Assembly (NCBI GenBank): GCA_049322515.1
Contig: JBMOQW010000012.1
Coordinates: 204,023 to 268,022, forward strand
Direction: 5' to 3'
Length of the DNA stretch: 64,000 bases
DNA from: Pseudomonadota bacterium
GTDB lineage: Bacteria; Pseudomonadota; Gammaproteobacteria; Burkholderiales; Thiobacillaceae
In this document: positions 58,587-64,000 of the stretch, piece after piece
How the letters are laid out: each line of letters starts with the position of its first letter
How positions within the stretch are numbered: the first letter of the stretch is position 1
The notes under the pieces: model-generated
The model's input: the letters and a program-made list of their open reading frames with translations, nothing else
Databases searched by the model: none
What the model was told of the DNA's origin: nothing
Translations under genes and position numbers: made by a program

Positions 58587-59857
58587 AACTACTTGTCATC
58601 GGTTCCGGCGGCCGCGAGCACGCCCTGGCCTGGAAACTGGCGCAGAGCCCGCGCATCCAGAAGGTCTACGTGGCCCCCGGCAACGGCGGCACGGCCCGCG
58701 AGGACGGCCTGGAAAACGTCAACCTCACGGCCATTGCCGACCTGGTCGAATTCGCGAAAAAGGAAGACATCGCCTTCACCGTGGTCGGACCCGAGGCGCC
58801 CCTGGCCGCCGGCGTGGTGGATGCCTTCCGCGCCGCCCATCTGAAGATCTTCGGCCCGGTGCGGGCGGCTGCCCAGCTGGAATCGTCGAAGGACTTCGCC
58901 AAGCAGTTCATGGTCCGGCACCACATCCCGACCGCGAAGTACCAGACCTTCACCGACGCCGCCGCTGCCCACGCCTACATCGAGCAGGAAGGCGCCCCCA
59001 TCGTCATCAAGGCCGACGGCCTGGCCGCCGGCAAGGGCGTGGTGGTGGCGACCCGCAAGGACGAGGCCCACGCCGCCATCGACAGCATGCTGGAAGGCAA
59101 CGCCTTCGGCGAGGCCGGCGCCCGGGTGGTGATCGAGGAATGCATGCACGGCGAGGAAGCCAGCTTCATCGTCATGGTCGACGGTGAACACATCCTGCCC
59201 ATGGCCACCAGCCAGGACCACAAGCGCCTGCTCGACAACGACGCGGGTCCCAACACCGGCGGCATGGGCGCCTACTCGCCGGCGCCGGTGGTGACCCCCG
59301 AGCTGCATGCCCGCATCCTGCGCGAGGTGATCCGCCCCGTGGTCGCCGGCATGAAGGCCGAGGACACGCCCTACACCGGTTTTCTCTATGCCGGCGTGAT
59401 GATCGACCCGAATGGCAAGATCGGTGTGCTGGAATTCAACTGCCGGTTCGGCGACCCGGAAACCCAGCCGATCATGATGCGCCTGAAGAGTGACTTCACC
59501 GTGCTCGTCGAAGCGGCCATCCACGGCCGGCTCGATCAGGTCGAGGCCGAGTGGGATCGCCGCGTGGCGCTCGGCGTGGTACTCGCCGCCGCCGGCTATC
59601 CCGACAATCCGCGCAAGGGCGACGCCATCACCGGCCTTGACCTGAAGGCCGAGGACGACGTCCATGTCTTCCATGCCGGTACCGCCCTCGAAGGCGACCA
59701 GACCGTCGTATCCGGTGGCCGCGTGCTGTGCGTCACCGCCCTGGGCGACACCGTCAAGATCGCCCAGACCCGCGCCTACGAGGTCGCCGACCGGATCGAT
59801 TTCGCCGGCCGCCAGATGCGTCGCGACATCGGCTGGCGGGCCATCAAAAAGCGGTGA
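58583..59857 (+). CDS. purD: Phosphoribosylamine-glycine ligase
   Basis: [39 protein letters not shown]. Confidence 0.97.
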   Translation: MKLLVIGSGGREHALAWKLAQSPRIQKVYVAPGNGGTAREDGLENVNLTAIADLVEFAKKEDIAFTVVGPEAPLAAGVVDAFRAAHLKIFGPVRAAAQLESSKDFAKQFMVRHHIPTAKYQTFTDAAAAHAYIEQEGAPIVIKADGLAAGKGVVVATRKDEAHAAIDSMLEGNAFGEAGARVVIEECMHGEEASFIVMVDGEHILPMATSQDHKRLLDNDAGPNTGGMGAYSPAPVVTPELHARILREVIRPVVAGMKAEDTPYTGFLYAGVMIDPNGKIGVLEFNCRFGDPETQPIMMRLKSDFTVLVEAAIHGRLDQVEAEWDRRVALGVVLAAAGYPDNPRKGDAITGLDLKAEDDVHVFHAGTALEGDQTVVSGGRVLCVTALGDTVKIAQTRAYEVADRIDFAGRQMRRDIGWRAIKKR

Positions 59858-59878
59858 CGCAACCGCGTGACACATGAA

Positions 59879-59952
59879 GCGTGACGCGAAGGCGTGACAC
59901 CCATGCGCACCAAGCCACCCCTTCGCCGCGCGGTCACGCCTTCGCGTCACGC
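59879..59952. repeat. Perfect 20-bp inverted repeat spanning the tsaC start
   Basis: GCGTGACGCGAAGGCGTGAC (59879-59898) / GTCACGCCTTCGCGTCACGC (59933-59952). Confidence 0.85.
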
Positions 59953-60484
59953 CTTTCCGAGCCGCGCCCTGCGCGCCCATCTCGCCGCCGGCGGCGTCAT
60001 CGCCTACCCCACCGAATCGTGCTACGGCCTGGGCTGCGACCCGCGCAACGCGCGCGCCGTGGCGGCCATCCTTCGGCTCAAGGGGCGGCCCAAGGCCAAG
60101 GGCCTGATCCTGGTCGGCAGCACGCCCGGGCAATTCGACCGCTACCTGACCCAGCCCGCCGGGGCCTGGCCGGCCTACTGGCCGGGACCGTTCACCTTGC
60201 TGCTGCCGGCCGGACGGCGTTGCCCGCGCTGGCTGACCGGGCGTCACACGAAGCTCGCGGTCCGGGTCACCGCCCACCCGGCCACGGCCGGCCTGTGCCA
60301 CGCCCTGGGCATGGCGCTGGTGTCGACCAGCGCCAATCGCTCGGGACAGGTCATGCTGAAAAACGCGGCGGCCTGCCGCAAGATCTTCGGTGACGCGGTC
60401 TGGGTCCTGGACGGTCGTATCGGTGCCCGCCGGCGACCGTCGACCGTGCTCGACCCCGAACAGCAGCGGGTCCTGCGCGCCTGA
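59903..60484 (+). CDS. tsaC: L-threonylcarbamoyladenylate synthase
   Basis: GGVIAYPTESCYGLGCDP, KGLIL, WPGP, STSAN; start uncertain (59894 or 59903). Confidence 0.9.
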   Translation: MRTKPPLRRAVTPSRHAFPSRALRAHLAAGGVIAYPTESCYGLGCDPRNARAVAAILRLKGRPKAKGLILVGSTPGQFDRYLTQPAGAWPAYWPGPFTLLLPAGRRCPRWLTGRHTKLAVRVTAHPATAGLCHALGMALVSTSANRSGQVMLKNAAACRKIFGDAVWVLDGRIGARRRPSTVLDPEQQRVLRA

Positions 60485-60565
60485 GGCGCCGGTACCCGAG
60501 CATCCCGCCCCTAAGGAGCCTCTGATTGATTCGTCCGCATCGCGTGCGAATACATCAGTGTCGAC

Positions 60566-61276
60566 TTAACCTTCGAGGCGATACGCAATCGGCACTTCGA
60601 TGTCCGTGGCGCGTTCCGGGCGCCGCTGGCCGCGCACCGCCTCGGCCGCGGCCTCGAACAGCTTGAGGGCATCCCGGTCGAGCAACGGGAAGCCCGAACC
60701 ACGCTTGACCTCGACACTGGCCAGGCGACCGTCGGCAGCAACCCGGGCGAGCACCACCACCACCCCTTCCTGACCCAGTCGCCGAGCCGCCAGGGGATAG
60801 CGCTTGCGGGCGCGCAGTTCCGCCGCGAGCGCCTGGTGCCAAGCCCGATCGGGCGCCGCCTGTGGCGCCTCGGCCACGGGCGGCGGCGGGGCCGGCACGG
60901 GCGGTGCCGAGACGGCAGCCGGCACGGGTACCGCAGCCGGCACAGGATCCGCGACCGGCATGGGCGCGCTGAGCACGGGCGAGGGGGGCGGCGGGGGACT
61001 CGGGCTCGGCAGGACCGGTGCCACGGGCGGCGCCGGCCTGGGCTGGGGGTCGGGCGGCGGCGGGGTGATCCGCGCGGGAGGGGGCGGCGCCGGCTTGGGT
61101 GGCGTGACTGCCGGCCGTTGCGCAGGCGGGGGCGGTACGGGCGGCGGGGTTTCCTGGAAGGCCACTTGCCAGCGCATCGGCGTCGGTTCGGGCAAGGCCT
61201 CCGCCTCCAGCCAAAGCGTGGCCGCCAACCCCAACGCGGCCCCGTGCAGGACCAGCGACGCCGCCCAGGACTTCAC
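60566..61276 (-). CDS. tonB: TonB energy transducer
   Basis: SLVLH anchor, Pro-rich linker, YPLAARRLGQEG, SGFPLLD. Confidence 0.9.
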   Translation of the reverse strand: MKSWAASLVLHGAALGLAATLWLEAEALPEPTPMRWQVAFQETPPPVPPPPAQRPAVTPPKPAPPPPARITPPPPDPQPRPAPPVAPVLPSPSPPPPPSPVLSAPMPVADPVPAAVPVPAAVSAPPVPAPPPPVAEAPQAAPDRAWHQALAAELRARKRYPLAARRLGQEGVVVVLARVAADGRLASVEVKRGSGFPLLDRDALKLFEAAAEAVRGQRRPERATDIEVPIAYRLEG

Positions 61277-61641
61277 GCCCGCTTGACCTCCAGGGCCACC
61301 TGGCTGAAGCCCAGGGCCTTGATGCGGTCGGCCAGGTCGACGAAATCGCGCAAGGCCAGGCCGCCGTCGGCGCGCACCACGATTGGGGTGTCCCGGCGCA
61401 GCGCGGCCAGCGCGGCGGTCAGGTCGGGAGCCGGCTGGTCATTCACGTAGACCGCCCGGTGCAGGGTCAGGGTGACGAACACCGGGGTGTCGCGGGCGGC
61501 CGGTGCGTGGCGCGCCTCGGCCAGGTCGACCGGGATGCGCCCGGTGGCGATGAACGTCGCGGTGGTCAGGACGATGGTGAGCAGCACCAGCATCACGTCG
61601 ACCAACGGCACCACGTTGATGCCGTCGATATCGTCATCCAC
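61273..61641 (-). CDS. exbD: Biopolymer transport protein ExbD
   Basis: INVVPLVDVMLVLL, VRADG. Confidence 0.92.
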   Translation of the reverse strand: MDDDIDGINVVPLVDVMLVLLTIVLTTATFIATGRIPVDLAEARHAPAARDTPVFVTLTLHRAVYVNDQPAPDLTAALAALRRDTPIVVRADGGLALRDFVDLADRIKALGFSQVALEVKRA

Positions 61642-62068
61642 CGGCGCGCTCCTTGAGGGCGTCGAACTCGGCCAGGCGCTCGCGCACCCGGCGCCGCAGG
61701 ACATTGTGCAAGGCCACGCAGGGAATCGCCACCAGCAGCCCGACGGCGGTCGCCTTGAGCGCCAGCGACAAGCCGGTCATGATGCTTTTCACGTCCATGT
61801 CGCCACTGGCGCCCATGCTCTGGAAAGTCAGCATGATGCCCAGCACGGTGCCGAGCAGACCGATGTAGGGCGCGTTGGCGGCCACCGTGCCGATCACCGT
61901 CAGGCGCCGGGTCAGCGCCATTTCCAGTTCCACCCGGGTGGCGTAGTCGGCCACCCGCACCCGCCGATACCAGCCGAAGCGCTCGATGGCCACGGCCACC
62001 GCCCACACGCTCAAGGCCAGCAGGAGACCGATCACGCCGTAGTCGATCGCCGCCTTCAAACCATCCAT
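61634..62068 (-). CDS. exbB: Short-type ExbB
   Basis: NAPYIGLLGTV, LALKATAVGLLVAIP; only 144 aa. Confidence 0.9.
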   Translation of the reverse strand: MDGLKAAIDYGVIGLLLALSVWAVAVAIERFGWYRRVRVADYATRVELEMALTRRLTVIGTVAANAPYIGLLGTVLGIMLTFQSMGASGDMDVKSIMTGLSLALKATAVGLLVAIPCVALHNVLRRRVRERLAEFDALKERAGG

Positions 62069-62069
62069 G

Positions 62070-62690
62070 TCACATCCCCAATCCGATCCGGTACATCCCC
62101 AGGACGACCAGCACCATACCGGCGCCGCGCCGCAGCCACAAGCCCAGTTCGGCGCGTCCCGAGCGCAAGCGCTGGCCGAACCATCCGAGCGCGGGCAACA
62201 ACACCAGCAACGGGGTGACCGCCGCACCGACGCCGAAGGCCAGCCCATAGGCCAGGCCGGCCAGCGGTGCACCGGTCTGTGCCGCGAAGGCGAGCAGCGC
62301 CGCCAGCGGGGCGCAGGGGGTCAGACTGAGCGCGAAGCCCAGCGTCAATGGTGACCATCCGGCCCTGCGACTCGCCGCGCAAGACGTGTGCGCCCCGCCC
62401 AGGAGCAACCACAATCCGGCCCCGAGTGCGGCCAGGCCGATGGCGAGATGGCCAACCCCCTGCGACAACCAGTGCACCAGACCCGCGCCAGCGAAACCGG
62501 CCAACAGTCCCAGTCCGGCGTAGGCCGCCACCCGGCCGACCAGGAATGTCGCCGTGTCCAGACGCACCCGACCGGGTTCCCGGCCGAGCATCCAGGCGCC
62601 CATGTAGGGCAGGCAGGTCACTGTGCAGGCCGTCAGTCCCAACGACAGGCCCAGAAGCCAGGCGGACGCGACGTCCGCCGGCTCAGGCAC
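62070..62690 (-). CDS. DsbD_2/TauE-SafE-like membrane protein
   Basis: GLTACTVTCLP, GRVAAY, LTPCAPL, AFGVG. Confidence 0.75.
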   Translation of the reverse strand: MPEPADVASAWLLGLSLGLTACTVTCLPYMGAWMLGREPGRVRLDTATFLVGRVAAYAGLGLLAGFAGAGLVHWLSQGVGHLAIGLAALGAGLWLLLGGAHTSCAASRRAGWSPLTLGFALSLTPCAPLAALLAFAAQTGAPLAGLAYGLAFGVGAAVTPLLVLLPALGWFGQRLRSGRAELGLWLRRGAGMVLVVLGMYRIGLGM

Positions 62691-63741
62691 GGCCAGCCTC
62701 CCCGACCGCGGTTTGATCGATGCGGCGCAGCGGCTTGATTTCGCCGCGCGGCCCTTCTCGCTTGATCCGCGCCTTGTAGTACGCGCGCGCCGAACCGAAC
62801 AGGCGGAACGGCCCGAACTTGAGCTGGATCACTGCGTCGTCCGGACAGAACTCGATGCAGCGCCCGCACAGGGTGCAGTCCTCGGTGAAGGCGCGCGCGC
62901 CGGATTCATGGTGGATCTCCGGAATGTCCATCGGGCAAGCCTGGCGGCAGATGCCGCATTTCTCGCATTTGTCGTGGGGCTGCTTGACCAAACGCATCGG
63001 CGACAGGCGCTGGAACGCCGCATTCAGCGCCAAGAGCGGACAGATCCGGCAGAACGGCTGACGCACCGCCAGCGCGGCCACCACGATGAAGCCGAACAGG
63101 GTGTTGGCCAGGGCGCCGAAGGCGAGATCGAGCCCGCCCCCGGTCTTCACCGTGAGCTGCGTGGTGTCGCCGGTCAGCAGCGTGGTGGCTAGCCGGGACG
63201 GACAGACCTGGCAGAAGGCATCCCCGGTCGCGGCCGGCGTGACGCCCAGGCCGGCGGCCAGCGGCAAGGCCAGCACCAGGATCGCCAGCATGGCCCACTT
63301 GACCGGCCTCAGGCGCCTGGCGGCCGTCTCCGACAAGCCACGGAACGGCCGGCCCAGACGCCGGCCCAGGCGATAGAGCAGTTCCTGCACGGTGCCGAGC
63401 GGGCACACCCAGCCGCAGAACGCCTTGTTGAGCACCAGGAAGAACAGATAGAAGGTCAGGAACGTGAAGGCCAGGGGAATGATCATGGACAGGGCGAAAC
63501 TGCCGGCCTGGGCAATCGCTTCACCGACCCGATGGTGCAGCTGGTGCTGGGTCGGGATCAGGATGCAGTAGGCGCTATCGAGCTTGTCGTAGGCGCAGGA
63601 CAGCGCGGGCAGGCTGCCGGTGATTTTCTCGGCGGCGTAATAACCGACCAGGCTGCCGCCGTAGACGGTGACGAACAGCATGACCACCTGGACCGCCAGA
63701 CGCAGGCGACTGAGACTGAAGCGGGAGGCGGCGTCAGCCAT
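62683..63741 (-). CDS. Membrane 4Fe-4S protein (NapH/RdxA-like)
   Basis: FCGWVCP, FCQVCP, FCRICP, CEKCGICRQACP, CTLCGRCIEFCP. Confidence 0.85.
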   Translation of the reverse strand: MADAASRFSLSRLRLAVQVVMLFVTVYGGSLVGYYAAEKITGSLPALSCAYDKLDSAYCILIPTQHQLHHRVGEAIAQAGSFALSMIIPLAFTFLTFYLFFLVLNKAFCGWVCPLGTVQELLYRLGRRLGRPFRGLSETAARRLRPVKWAMLAILVLALPLAAGLGVTPAATGDAFCQVCPSRLATTLLTGDTTQLTVKTGGGLDLAFGALANTLFGFIVVAALAVRQPFCRICPLLALNAAFQRLSPMRLVKQPHDKCEKCGICRQACPMDIPEIHHESGARAFTEDCTLCGRCIEFCPDDAVIQLKFGPFRLFGSARAYYKARIKREGPRGEIKPLRRIDQTAVGEAGRA

Positions 63742-64000
63742 GACCATTCTCCTTGCGACGGCGGACCAACGGCCAGGCCGCTGCCCCGCCCAGGGCCAGG
63801 AACCCCAGGCCGAGGGGCAGGCTGCGGCCGGCTTGGGCGGCAGCGCCATAGACCTGATTGAAGCCGGTCAGGTAGTAGCGGCCGGCGGGATCGGTGTAGC
63901 CTGCGGCCAGCACGAAAGGCACGCGCCCGCCCCGGCCGTGGTCGTGACCGCCGGCGGGGGCAACGTCGGGCACGTCCATGGGGAAGGTCACCCGGATCAC
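63734..64000 (-). CDS. Partial gene (3' end only): exported protein with His-rich loop and C-terminal membrane anchor
   Basis: GGHDHG, then a TM segment followed by RRRK; its stop overlaps the start of the 4Fe-4S gene. Confidence 0.6.
   Translation of the reverse strand: MIRVTFPMDVPDVAPAGGHDHGRGGRVPFVLAAGYTDPAGRYYLTGFNQVYGAAAQAGRSLPLGLGFLALGGAAAWPLVRRRKENGHG

Noticed and set aside
57566-59857. 763-aa extended PurD or an ORF6N-PurD fusion
   Set aside because: The upstream part is an alternative frame over purH and ORF6N; PurD starts at 58583 with its canonical N-terminus

Overview
High-GC betaproteobacterial chromosome segment; the gene content suggests a chemolithotrophic sulfur oxidiser, possibly Thiobacillaceae-like (inference). 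Most of it is housekeeping: glnE, ilvE, hemN, algC, purEK/NM/HD, cutA-dsbD-tlpA-ttcA, rpsF-priB-rpsR-rplI-dnaB-alr-trpC, a porin, ccmABCDEFGHI, fumarase, lnt, selD, dusB-fis and tsaC. The accessory highlights are as follows. (1) A unit headed by a perfect FNR box encodes flavocytochrome c sulfide dehydrogenase (FccA/FccB) directly upstream of an octaheme CxxCK nitrite reductase, with no NrfH/NrfBCD donor. This is a candidate periplasmic sulfide-to-nitrite (DNRA) electron module. fccA is split by an exact 77-bp tandem duplication that is probably an assembly artefact. (2) A FisR-like (C53/C64/C71) sigma54 activator faces a sigma54/IHF promoter that drives only an unannotated 50-aa membrane peptide. 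(3) An unannotated ~65-nt anti-Shine-Dalgarno sRNA candidate lies between hemN and algC. (4) A nine-gene arsenic cluster lacks ArsB/Acr3 but has an aquaporin, ArsP, ArsM, a SoxH-like MBL protein and a CxxC-less AhpD-like protein with CC tails. (5) A consensus sigma28 promoter precedes a PBP7-like endopeptidase. (6) A VapBC module sits on a PhzF gene remnant. (7) A TonB-ExbBD module is linked to a membrane 4Fe-4S protein. No rRNA, tRNA, CRISPR array or transposase was recognised. All calls come from reading the sequence; no database searches were run.
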